A stretch of 41,785 bases of DNA from a bacterium. Its GTDB lineage: Bacteria > Bacillota_I > Bacilli_A > RF39 > UBA660. Where the stretch lies: NCBI GenBank assembly GCA_963661445.1, contig CAVLCG010000002.1:5719-47503 (forward strand), given 5' to 3'. Shown in pieces: positions 34,235-41,785 of the stretch (positions are counted from its first letter, which is position 1; each line of letters begins with the position of its first letter). The position numbers were made by a program, and so were the translations under genes. A model generated the notes under the pieces. That model saw only the letters and a program-made list of their open reading frames with translations, was not told where the DNA came from and ran no database searches.

Positions 34235-35140
34235 ATGAAAACTAATGATGGTGTAAATCTTAATAAATTTGATTATTTTCCACTTGAAGAATATGTACAC
34301 AGAATAAATGTAGAAGACTTTGTTTTAGAGCATATGGAAGAGACTAATAAAGAATTTGATGAATATTTATCTATTATTTCTAAGTGTGATGATTATACTA
34401 AGATATATTACTTTTTAGAAACAATTAGTAAAGAAGTTATTGCATCACAGAAAATAGAAAAGCATTATGTTAAGAATAAAGATATCTTGGAAAAAGATGG
34501 GTTCTTTACCTCTTTACAGATGAGTCATGCTAATATAAAAAGACTTCATGAGATAGCTACTAAAGAGGAAAGTGATTATCGTGATAATGAGGTTAGAGTA
34601 AGTGCCATGATAGATGGTAGAGAAAAAATATATTGGTATGGAGCAAAGCCTTCTGATGTAAAACCATTTATGGATGACTTTATTAAATTTTATAAGACTA
34701 AATCTTTATCTGTAGTAGATAGTAATCCTTTTTTAAAGAGTGCTCTTGCTCATTTATTATTTGTAAGAATACATCCATTTAGTGATGGTAATGGAAGAAC
34801 GGCTAGAATGATTCATAATATGAGGTTTACGGAAAGTATCAATAATATCTACGGAATGAAGCTTAAACTTTGTCCTTTAAATTTATCACAAAGTATTTTA
34901 ATAAATCAGTTTACTTATGTTAATAGAATTGATGATATCTATTTTGATTTGGAACATGATAGTAATCACGAGATTAATAGATGGTTTGATTTTATTTTAA
35001 ATATGGTTGATGAACAACTATACTATAGTAAGATGCGAATACCAAGATTTAAAAGACTAGTACCAGCCTTATTTGACAAAAATGTGGAACCTAATAATAG
35101 TCAAATAGCAGAAGAGATTAAGAAGATTAAGATTAAATAG
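34235..35140 (+). CDS. Fic-family protein (putative AMPylase / nucleotidyl- or phosphoryl-transferase)
   Basis: Complete catalytic motif HPFSDGNGRTAR (nt 34772-34807, H180). An N-terminal S71-QKI-E75-K element resembles the class II inhibitory helix motif (S/T)xxxE(G/N). It starts 14 nt after the amidoligase stop with an AAGGAG RBS. Confidence 0.9.
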   Translation: MKTNDGVNLNKFDYFPLEEYVHRINVEDFVLEHMEETNKEFDEYLSIISKCDDYTKIYYFLETISKEVIASQKIEKHYVKNKDILEKDGFFTSLQMSHANIKRLHEIATKEESDYRDNEVRVSAMIDGREKIYWYGAKPSDVKPFMDDFIKFYKTKSLSVVDSNPFLKSALAHLLFVRIHPFSDGNGRTARMIHNMRFTESINNIYGMKLKLCPLNLSQSILINQFTYVNRIDDIYFDLEHDSNHEINRWFDFILNMVDEQLYYSKMRIPRFKRLVPALFDKNVEPNNSQIAEEIKKIKIK

Positions 35141-35144
35141 GAGA

Positions 35145-35173
35145 TTGCTACTTTCTAAAAGATATTGTATAAT
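35145..35173 (+). promoter_or_regulatory. Putative strong promoter for the downstream envelope genes
   Basis: TTGCTA (35145-35150), a 17-nt spacer, then TATAAT (35168-35173), with TG immediately upstream of the -10. Confidence 0.5.
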
Positions 35174-35194
35174 ACATAATAGGATGTGAGTGAA

Positions 35195-35659
35195 ATGAAA
35201 GATATTAAGAAATTTATAAAGAAAAATAAAATGACTGTAATTGTAGTTATTTGTTGTTTAATACTAACTATTGTGATATTTGCTTTAAAATTAACTTTTT
35301 TCCCTAATGAAGCAAAAGCTATTTATGGGGATAGACTAGAAGGACTAACAGAGGCAAGAATAAAAGATAGTGATTTAGAACAGATTGAGTCAAATCTAAA
35401 GGAAAAAGATGGAGTAGAGAAAGTATCAACCTCATTTTCAGGTAGAATCTTAAACGTAATTATTACTGTTAAAGAAGATATGACAGTAGATGGTGTTAAA
35501 TCATTCCCAGATGAAGTTGATAAAGCTTTAGATGAAAAACAAAAGAAAGCTTATGATGTACAAGTATTTATTAAAAAGACTAAAGATGATGATAAATTCC
35601 CAGTAATCGCATATCGTCATCAAGGTGGAGATCATTATTCTTTTACTAAGGATAGATAG
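35195..35659 (+). CDS. Hypothetical membrane-anchored protein
   Basis: The ORF track starts at GTG 35186, and an ATG at 35195 gives MKDIKKFIKK.. It has a single TM segment (MTVIVVICCLILTIVIFAL) and then a charged ~110-aa domain that I do not recognise. Confidence 0.6.
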   Translation: MKDIKKFIKKNKMTVIVVICCLILTIVIFALKLTFFPNEAKAIYGDRLEGLTEARIKDSDLEQIESNLKEKDGVEKVSTSFSGRILNVIITVKEDMTVDGVKSFPDEVDKALDEKQKKAYDVQVFIKKTKDDDKFPVIAYRHQGGDHYSFTKDR

Positions 35660-35667
35660 GAGACATT

Positions 35668-37713
35668 ATGAAAAAGAAATTATTTTTTCTAATACCAATA
35701 ATAATAGTAGCAATAGTTTTCTTTGGAGTTTATGGCTACTATAATAAACAAGATGCTAAAAATGCTTTAACTGTTACAGAGAAGAAATGGGTAGAAGAAA
35801 ATAAAAGTAATGTTATAGATTTTTCTGTAATAAATGACTATCCATTATATGGGTTAAATGGAGAAGGAGTCTTTTTTAACTTTTTAAATGACTTTGAACA
35901 AGATGTTGGTTTAGAGTTTAATAAAGTATCTTATTTAAAAGAAGATAAGATTAGTTCTAAGGGTTATAGCTTTAGAGTCTTAGATAATGATACTAAGTTA
36001 ACTAAGAATGATTTGTTACTATTTAATGATGGCTATATTGCATTAGGTAGAGAATATCAAAGAATAAATCATATAACTGATATGAAGAATATTACTTTTG
36101 GTGTATTAAAAGATGATGCATCTGATATTAGTTATTACTTAAAGTCTGGTAGTAACTTAGTATATAAATCTTATGATGATGTAGATAGTTTATTTAAAGC
36201 CCTTGATAGTAAAGATGTAGAAATGATTATTATTCCTAATATAATGTATTTAAATAAAACTATTGGTAAGAAAGATTATATTATTAATTACTATTTTACT
36301 GAGATGAAGAAACAAGTAGTTTTAACACTAGCAAGTGATAATTATAAACTTAATACAATAATTAAAAGTTATTATAAGAAATGGAAAGATAGCGAATATG
36401 TTAATGAATATAATGAAGCTTACTTAGATTACTATATGAAAGAGAATAATATCTCATCTAAGACTAAAGCTGATTTAATCTCTAAAAACTATGTATATGG
36501 TTATGTAGAAAACTCACCATATGAAGTAGAAATAGATGGTAAAATAGCGGGTATTGCTGGTGAATATATCAATCGTATTGAAAGACTTATGGATATTAGT
36601 TTTACTTTTAAAAAGTATCCTAGTAAAGAAGCTTTAGAGAAAGCTATTAAGAAAAATGATGTTGATATTTATTTTGATTATTATGGTTTTGGTGAGGAAA
36701 ATAGTAATTATTTATCAACACTATCAACTTTTGTAGAAGACTATGTGGTATTAGGTAAACAAAGTAATAGTCAAATAGTTAGTTCTTTTGAAAGCTTAAA
36801 AGGGGAAAAACTTGCTATGCTAGATAATGATTCTTTGTATGATTACTTTAAAAATAATAGTAGAAGTAATATTACTACTTATAAAGACTTAGATAGTTTA
36901 GTAAAGAAAGCAAATGCTAAACTAGTAGTTATTGATAAAGAAGTTTATTATCGTTATCAACATACTAAATTTAAAAACTATGTAGTTATTTATACTGATA
37001 CAATGATGAATGACTATAAGTTTATGGTAAAGAAAGAAAATAAGGCTTTCTATAACTTATTTAACTATATAATAAGTACTAACTCATATTATAACTATCG
37101 TAATGCCGGACTTATTGATATAGAGCGAACAGTAGTAGAAAGAAGTAGTTTTAGAGAGTTATTCTTCCTAATTTTAATGTTAATATTTATTCCTTTAGTA
37201 GTCTTATTAATAATTTATTTGTATGCTAAAGAGAAAAAGAAAGTTAAGAAGGTTAAAAAGGAAGATAGACATAAATATACAGATTTATTAACAGGATTAA
37301 AGAATAGAAATTATTTAAATAAAAAAGTTCCGGAATGGGAAGCAAGTAATGTTTATCCACAGGCAGTAGTTATGATTGATTTAAATAATATTAAGTATAT
37401 CAATGATAATTATGGTCATGAAGAAGGAGACAATGTGATTGTTAAATCAGCTTCAATCCTTGTTAATTCCCAGTTAGAAAACACAGAAATAATTAGAACT
37501 GATGGAAATGAATTTTTAGTATACTTAGTAGGTTATAGTGAAAAACAAGTAGCAACTTATACTTTAAAGTTAGAAAAAGAGATGAAAGCTTTACCTCATG
37601 AGTTTGGAGCTTGTGTAGGATATAGTATGATTTTTGATGAAATTAAAAGCTTAGATGATGCTATTAATGAAGCTACTTTAGAAATGATGACTAAGAAGCA
37701 AGGATTAAAATAG
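35668..37713 (+). CDS. Membrane receptor: N-terminal TM, two periplasmic solute-binding-like segments, second TM, cytoplasmic degenerate GGDEF domain
   Basis: TM1 is LFFLIPIIIVAIVFFGVYGYY and TM2 is LFFLILMLIFIPLVVLLIIYLY. The GGDEF-domain blocks are DLLTGLKNRNYL, MIDLNNIKYINDNYGHEEGD and IIRTDGNEFLVYL. The signature reads DGNEF instead of GG(D/E)EF. Confidence 0.78.
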   Translation: MKKKLFFLIPIIIVAIVFFGVYGYYNKQDAKNALTVTEKKWVEENKSNVIDFSVINDYPLYGLNGEGVFFNFLNDFEQDVGLEFNKVSYLKEDKISSKGYSFRVLDNDTKLTKNDLLLFNDGYIALGREYQRINHITDMKNITFGVLKDDASDISYYLKSGSNLVYKSYDDVDSLFKALDSKDVEMIIIPNIMYLNKTIGKKDYIINYYFTEMKKQVVLTLASDNYKLNTIIKSYYKKWKDSEYVNEYNEAYLDYYMKENNISSKTKADLISKNYVYGYVENSPYEVEIDGKIAGIAGEYINRIERLMDISFTFKKYPSKEALEKAIKKNDVDIYFDYYGFGEENSNYLSTLSTFVEDYVVLGKQSNSQIVSSFESLKGEKLAMLDNDSLYDYFKNNSRSNITTYKDLDSLVKKANAKLVVIDKEVYYRYQHTKFKNYVVIYTDTMMNDYKFMVKKENKAFYNLFNYIISTNSYYNYRNAGLIDIERTVVERSSFRELFFLILMLIFIPLVVLLIIYLYAKEKKKVKKVKKEDRHKYTDLLTGLKNRNYLNKKVPEWEASNVYPQAVVMIDLNNIKYINDNYGHEEGDNVIVKSASILVNSQLENTEIIRTDGNEFLVYLVGYSEKQVATYTLKLEKEMKALPHEFGACVGYSMIFDEIKSLDDAINEATLEMMTKKQGLK

Positions 37714-37721
37714 GAGGAGTT

Positions 37722-38594
37722 ATGCGAAGTAGAGCTAGGGAATTTGTAAGAAAAGTAATAGCAATCGTAAGAAGACCTGATATGCGAATATTACCAGGTC
37801 AACTTGCTTTCTTTTTAGTACTTTCGATGATTCCCTTGCTAGCTTTGGTTGGAACAATTGGTAGTAAATTAGGACTTAGTATGACTGCCTTTCGTAATGC
37901 TTTAGAGTCAACGGTTCCTGATGCTGTTATAAATACTTTGTTTCCAGCCGATGCTACTACGGGTCTTAACTTTAATGTAGCCGTTTTCTTTATTGCTGCT
38001 TTTTTATTAGCTAGTAATGGAGCATACTCTGTTATTACTACCTCAAATAGAATATATCAAGTAGAAGATAACAGTGAATTAAGAATGAGAAGTAAAGCAG
38101 TCTTACTAACTTTTATCTTAGTAAGCTTACTATTTTTCTTAATCTTAGTACCAGTATTTGGTGATACCCTAATATCACTAGCAGAAATTAATCTACATAA
38201 TGCTAAACTAGCAGCTTTTATAAGAAATCTATATCATTTAGTAAAGTATCCACTATCTTTATTCTTACTATACTTTAATATAAAACTTATCTATATACTA
38301 GCACCAGATAAGGAAGTTACTAGTAATGAGGTAAGAGCAGGGGCAATGTTTACTACTATATTTTGGTTACTTAGCTCAAAGATATATGCTTTTTATGTAG
38401 AGTACTTCTCACACTATGATATTTTCTATGGAAGTATGTCTAATATCTTAGTCTTATTATTCTGGGTTTATATTCTAGCATATATATTTACTCTTGGTAT
38501 GAGTTTTAATCAGGCTGGAGTTATTCAGGAGACTATTGAACTTAGAAGAAGTGATATTGCTAAAAGACTTAAGAAAAATCAAGATATCTCGTAA
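37722..38594 (+). CDS. YihY/BrkB-family membrane protein
   Basis: RILPGQLAFFLVLSMIPLL, about 6 TM segments and ILVLLFWVYILAYIFTLG are typical of the YihY family. Confidence 0.85.
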   Translation: MRSRAREFVRKVIAIVRRPDMRILPGQLAFFLVLSMIPLLALVGTIGSKLGLSMTAFRNALESTVPDAVINTLFPADATTGLNFNVAVFFIAAFLLASNGAYSVITTSNRIYQVEDNSELRMRSKAVLLTFILVSLLFFLILVPVFGDTLISLAEINLHNAKLAAFIRNLYHLVKYPLSLFLLYFNIKLIYILAPDKEVTSNEVRAGAMFTTIFWLLSSKIYAFYVEYFSHYDIFYGSMSNILVLLFWVYILAYIFTLGMSFNQAGVIQETIELRRSDIAKRLKKNQDIS

Positions 38595-39396
38595 AATATT
38601 CATCAAAGGTTAGGTTACTAGCCTTTATTTTTTTGGCTAATTTAAGACCAACATAACGGTAGTGCCAAGATTCAAACTGATAGCCAGTAATACTTTCTTT
38701 ACCACTAGGATATCTTAAGATGAAACCATATTTATAAGAATTATCTAACATCCATTGATACTCTTTAGTATTAGTAAAGTTTTCAAAAGAACTAATAGTA
38801 TTATCAACATCGACAACTAAACCAGTTTGATGGTCAGAGTACCCTGGTCTTGCTGAATAGGTATCAGCTTTATTAACGCCATCAGCTTCTACATATTTAT
38901 CATATAATCTTTTTTGATAAGTATAGCCTCTATAAGCAGAAATAGCTCTAATAGTAAGTCCTTCTTCTTTAGCTTTATCTACTAGGTTATAAAAATTATC
39001 TCTTGCTTCTTCTACTAGATAAATACCTTCCTTACTATAAGGCATAGTCATCTCTACTAGATTATTAGGAACAAACTCTTCCTTTAAGTAGTTATATTTA
39101 TTAACCAAGGTATAAAAAGTATTTAAATATTTTGCTTCTTTAGTATTAGTATAAAAAGGTAAATCTAGATTAAGATTAACTATTGTTACTACATCACTAA
39201 CTGATAAGTTACTATTAAGTTTATGATAATCTTGATATCTTTTGATGTTATTACTCTTATAATAAGGTAGACACTTTGCATCAATGATGAAACTATGTTT
39301 AACCTTACTACTACTTTTAGGCCTATCTTTTAAAATGATGAATCCTAACGAAATAATAACTATAAGAGAAATAATTAAGAAAACTAACTTTTTCAT
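38569..39396 (-). CDS. VanY/M15B-family D-alanyl-D-alanine carboxypeptidase (membrane-anchored)
   Basis: N-terminal anchor MKKLVFLIISLIVIISLGFI. SAYRGYTYQ, ARPGYSDHQTGLVVD and ESWHYRYVG are zinc-ligand blocks of the VanY family. Confidence 0.85.
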   Translation of the reverse strand: MKKLVFLIISLIVIISLGFIILKDRPKSSSKVKHSFIIDAKCLPYYKSNNIKRYQDYHKLNSNLSVSDVVTIVNLNLDLPFYTNTKEAKYLNTFYTLVNKYNYLKEEFVPNNLVEMTMPYSKEGIYLVEEARDNFYNLVDKAKEEGLTIRAISAYRGYTYQKRLYDKYVEADGVNKADTYSARPGYSDHQTGLVVDVDNTISSFENFTNTKEYQWMLDNSYKYGFILRYPSGKESITGYQFESWHYRYVGLKLAKKIKASNLTFDEYFTRYLDFS

Positions 39397-39490
39397 AAAA
39401 TCACCACTACTATATTATAATGTTTAGCTGATATAATCATTCATAAATATTAAATAGTTACATAGTTTTTAACAAGGAGTGATTTATTTA

Positions 39491-40648
39491 ATGAAGAAAT
39501 TGGTAGTTAGTTTTTTAGTTATGTTACTTTTGTTTCCCATGGTTGTAAAGGCTGATGATACAGCACTTATCCCTAATGCTAAGAGTGGTGTATTAATGGA
39601 AGAGTCTACTGGTAAGATTATTTTTGAAAAGAATAAGGATGAGAAAGTAGCAGTAGCATCTATGACTAAGATGGTCGCTCAGATTTTAATATTAGAAGCG
39701 ATAGAAAAAGGGCAAATTAAATGGACTGATAAAGTAACGGCTTCTGCTAATGCTTCTAGTATGGGTGGAAGTCAAATATATTTGTCAACTGGTGAGACTC
39801 TAACGGTAGAAGAGATGATGAAAGGTATTTCTATGGCTAGTGCCAATGATGCTACAGTTGCTATGGCTGAATTTTTAAAGGGAACAGAAATAGATTTTGT
39901 TAAAGAGATGAATAAAAAAGTAAAAGAATTAGGACTTAAAAATACGCAGTTTAAAAACTGTACGGGACTAGATGAAGAAGGACACTATTCTACCTCTTAT
40001 GATATGGCTGTTATTGCAAGAGAGTTATTAAAACATGAAGATATCCTAAAGTTTTCTTCTAAATATGAAGATTATCTAAGAGTTAATACACCAAATAAGT
40101 TTTGGTTAGTTAATACTAATAAGTTAGTAAGATTTTATGAAGGAGCAGATGGGTTAAAGACTGGTCATACTGATGCTGCTAAATATTGTCTTGCAGCAAC
40201 AGCTAAGAAAAATGATATGCGACTAATCGCTATTGTCTTAGGAGAAGAAGTATCAAAAGTAAGAAATAGTGAGACTATGGCTTTACTTGATTATGGATTT
40301 AATACTTATAAAGTACAAATAGTAAAAAAGAAAAATGAAACAGTAAAGACTGAAAGAATAGAAAAGGCTAGTACTAAGAAGATAGAGTATACACCAGTAT
40401 ATGATATAGGTATTTTATCTAGGAAAGGTGATACTAAGAAAAAATATAGTTATGATATTAAAATAACTAAGAATAGTTTACCTTTAACTAAAGGAGAAGT
40501 AGTTGGTAAAATAAGAATTAAAGATGGTAATAATGTTGTTGGAGAAGGAGACTTAACGGTTAAAAAATCAACTAAGAAATTATCTTATCTAGTTCTTCTT
40601 AGAAATACTATTTATGATATAGCAAGTGGTAATTCATCAGTTAAATAA
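39491..40648 (+). CDS. Serine-type D-alanyl-D-alanine carboxypeptidase (peptidase S11, PBP5/DacA/DacF-like)
   Basis: The ORF-track GTG at 39479 abuts the GGAG with no spacer, so the ATG at 39491 (MKKLVVSFLVMLLL, signal peptide) is preferred. SxxK is ASMTKM, SxN is SANDA and KTG is LKTGHT. Confidence 0.9.
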   Translation: MKKLVVSFLVMLLLFPMVVKADDTALIPNAKSGVLMEESTGKIIFEKNKDEKVAVASMTKMVAQILILEAIEKGQIKWTDKVTASANASSMGGSQIYLSTGETLTVEEMMKGISMASANDATVAMAEFLKGTEIDFVKEMNKKVKELGLKNTQFKNCTGLDEEGHYSTSYDMAVIARELLKHEDILKFSSKYEDYLRVNTPNKFWLVNTNKLVRFYEGADGLKTGHTDAAKYCLAATAKKNDMRLIAIVLGEEVSKVRNSETMALLDYGFNTYKVQIVKKKNETVKTERIEKASTKKIEYTPVYDIGILSRKGDTKKKYSYDIKITKNSLPLTKGEVVGKIRIKDGNNVVGEGDLTVKKSTKKLSYLVLLRNTIYDIASGNSSVK

Positions 40649-40661
40649 TACATTTTTGATT

Positions 40662-40693
40662 AATGGAACCTAATAATTATTTGGTTCTATTTT
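40662..40693 (+). terminator. Possible terminator hairpin after the S11 carboxypeptidase gene
   Basis: aatggaacc (40662-40670) pairs with ggttctatt (40683-40691) with one G-U pair and a 12-nt loop. The T tract is short. Confidence 0.35.
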
Positions 40694-40804
40694 ATATATA
40701 ATTTGGTGTTAGATTTTATGATAAAAATGGATATCATTCAAGAATGTATACAAATATAAAGAAGATTGGATAATAAACCATATTTAATTCCATTTAATAA
40801 TATT

Positions 40805-40843
40805 GAGAAAAATTGAAAAAATTTCTCTTTTTTATGATATACT
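40805..40843 (+). promoter_or_regulatory. Dyad GAGAAA-N11-TTTCTC overlapping a putative extended -10 promoter upstream of the LysR gene
   Basis: gagaaa (40805-40810) and tttctc (40822-40827). TTGAAA (40813-40818) and TGATATACT (40835-40843) form a candidate -35 and extended -10. Confidence 0.35.
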
Positions 40844-40877
40844 ACATATGATTATTTGCTTTGAGAGGAGTGATTAC

Positions 40878-41765
40878 ATGAATAATTTCAACTTAAATTT
40901 ATTTAAATATTTTTATTATGTAGTCTATTATAATGGATTTACTAATGCATCAAAAAATTTGAATATTGCTCAATCATCATTAAGTTATAATATAAAGCAA
41001 TTAGAATTGCAATTGGATAAAACATTAATTATTAGAAATAATAAGAATTTTGAATTAACTGAGGATGGGTACAATTTATATGAAAATCTAAAGTCTGCTT
41101 TTAGTATTTTGAATCAAAATTTGGAACAATTTGATAATCAAAATATTGTGGAATTAACTATTGGAGTTAGACACTATTTATCAGATTTTATTTTTAGAGA
41201 TTCGATAGTTGAATTTATTAATACATATCCTAATATTCATATTAATATAAAATTATATTCTAAATTAGATGTGAAAAAATTTGAAGATGAGTATGATATA
41301 CTAATTGATTATGAAGATTATACTAATTTAATTAATACTAATAATAAAGATTTATTATGCGTTTTAAATAATACTTTTGTTTCGGGAAAGGAACTAGCAA
41401 AGAATTACGAATCAATTCAATCAATTAAAGAATTAGGAAACACAAGATTAATATCGATGTGTCCAAATAAAAGAAATGGTAAATTTCAAAAAATATGTTT
41501 TGAAAATGGTATTTTATTTGAAAATATTATATCAATTAATGATAGTATAATTTCTAAAAAATTAGTAAAGAATAATTTAGGATTATGTTTTGTTAACGGA
41601 GAATTTTTTAAAGAAGAAATCGCAAATGGAGATGTAAAAGAAATTAAAGTAAAAGAACAATTATTTAATGATAATGTATATATTGTTTATAAAAAAGGTA
41701 AAAATATTAATAACATAAATAAATTTATTAATATATTAAAAAAGCAGTATAAGGAGGAGTTATAG
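40878..41765 (+). CDS. LysR-family transcriptional regulator
   Basis: The ORF track starts at TTG 40803. The ATG at 40878 follows GAGAGGAG and gives MNNFNLNLFKYFYYVVYYNGFTNASKNLNIAQSSLSYNIKQLE, a LysR winged-HTH. A ~200-aa substrate-binding-type domain follows. Confidence 0.85.
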   Translation: MNNFNLNLFKYFYYVVYYNGFTNASKNLNIAQSSLSYNIKQLELQLDKTLIIRNNKNFELTEDGYNLYENLKSAFSILNQNLEQFDNQNIVELTIGVRHYLSDFIFRDSIVEFINTYPNIHINIKLYSKLDVKKFEDEYDILIDYEDYTNLINTNNKDLLCVLNNTFVSGKELAKNYESIQSIKELGNTRLISMCPNKRNGKFQKICFENGILFENIISINDSIISKKLVKNNLGLCFVNGEFFKEEIANGDVKEIKVKEQLFNDNVYIVYKKGKNINNINKFINILKKQYKEEL

Positions 41766-41785
41766 TGAGTAAGTGGGACTTATAT
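41765..41785 (+). CDS. Start of an unidentified downstream gene (3' end outside the window)
   Basis: A GTG at 41765 lies 5 nt after AAGGAGGAG and overlaps the LysR stop codon. Only 7 codons are visible (VSKWDLY). Confidence 0.35.

Noticed and set aside
30229-35140. Calling the post-gatB stretch a prophage remnant, ICE or transposon (mobile_element feature).
   Set aside because: No integrase, transposase, relaxase or phage structural genes are present. I saw no flanking direct or inverted repeats and no tRNA target. Only accessory-type content and a gene relic are visible, so it is reported as a finding and not annotated as a mobile element.
1827-40877. N-terminal extensions given by the ORF track (starts at 1827, 10779, 11539, 16029, 22095, 23237, 27063, 30220, 31595, 35186, 39479, 40803).
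   Set aside because: In most of these cases an internal ATG or GTG has a better-spaced Shine-Dalgarno sequence and yields the canonical family N-terminus, such as GatC MDKLTKEE, the GT2 MK(K/R)I..IPxYNE, or the LysR HTH. For 1827, 10779 and 35186 the internal start is only a preference, based on signal-peptide-like or RBS context. For 31595 the extension would also overlap the predicted promoter.

Overview
This is an AT-rich, low-GC chromosomal segment of Bacillota type (Clostridia or Erysipelotrichia-like; the taxon is a guess). It is densely coding and almost entirely on the + strand. I saw no rRNA, tRNA, CRISPR array, transposase or integrase. The window falls into four blocks. (1) nt 2-8592: a 5'-truncated SGNH esterase, ugd, and three translationally coupled genes. 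These are a 1207-aa secreted M6-like metallopeptidase with a beta-propeller-like region and 9 ChW repeats, a GT2, and a secreted protein with 9 ChW repeats, a cell-wall-binding repeat and a GH25 muramidase domain. (2) nt 8833-26182: a large cell-wall glycopolymer locus that depends on an ABC transporter. It has a TagH/TagG-like exporter, GT2, GT4, GT8, DUF616 and DUF4422 transferases, glf and an acyltransferase_3. It also carries two separate extracytoplasmic glycosylation modules built from a polyprenyl-phosphate-sugar synthase, a flippase and a DUF2142 membrane transferase. One is GacI/J/K/L-like and the other GtrB/GtrA-like. (3) nt 27108-30239: gatCAB. It is followed by an accessory stretch (30229-35140) with a pRiA4b-ORF3-like protein and an unknown partner coupled to gatB, three perfect-phase 22-bp tandem repeats abutting the promoter of an AAA+/DUF4143 ATPase, a decayed fragment of a second such ATPase, and an Amidoligase_2-like plus Fic bicistron. 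(4) nt 35195-41785: envelope and housekeeping genes. These are a membrane-anchored protein, a receptor with two solute-binding-like segments and a degenerate GGDEF domain, YihY, a VanY/M15B peptidase, an S11 DD-carboxypeptidase and a LysR regulator. The best candidate for an undescribed system is the amidoligase-Fic pair and its neighbours in the post-gatB accessory stretch. The doubled DUF2142 glycosylation machinery is the second most interesting feature. All functional calls rest on motifs read from the supplied translations. No database searches were run.
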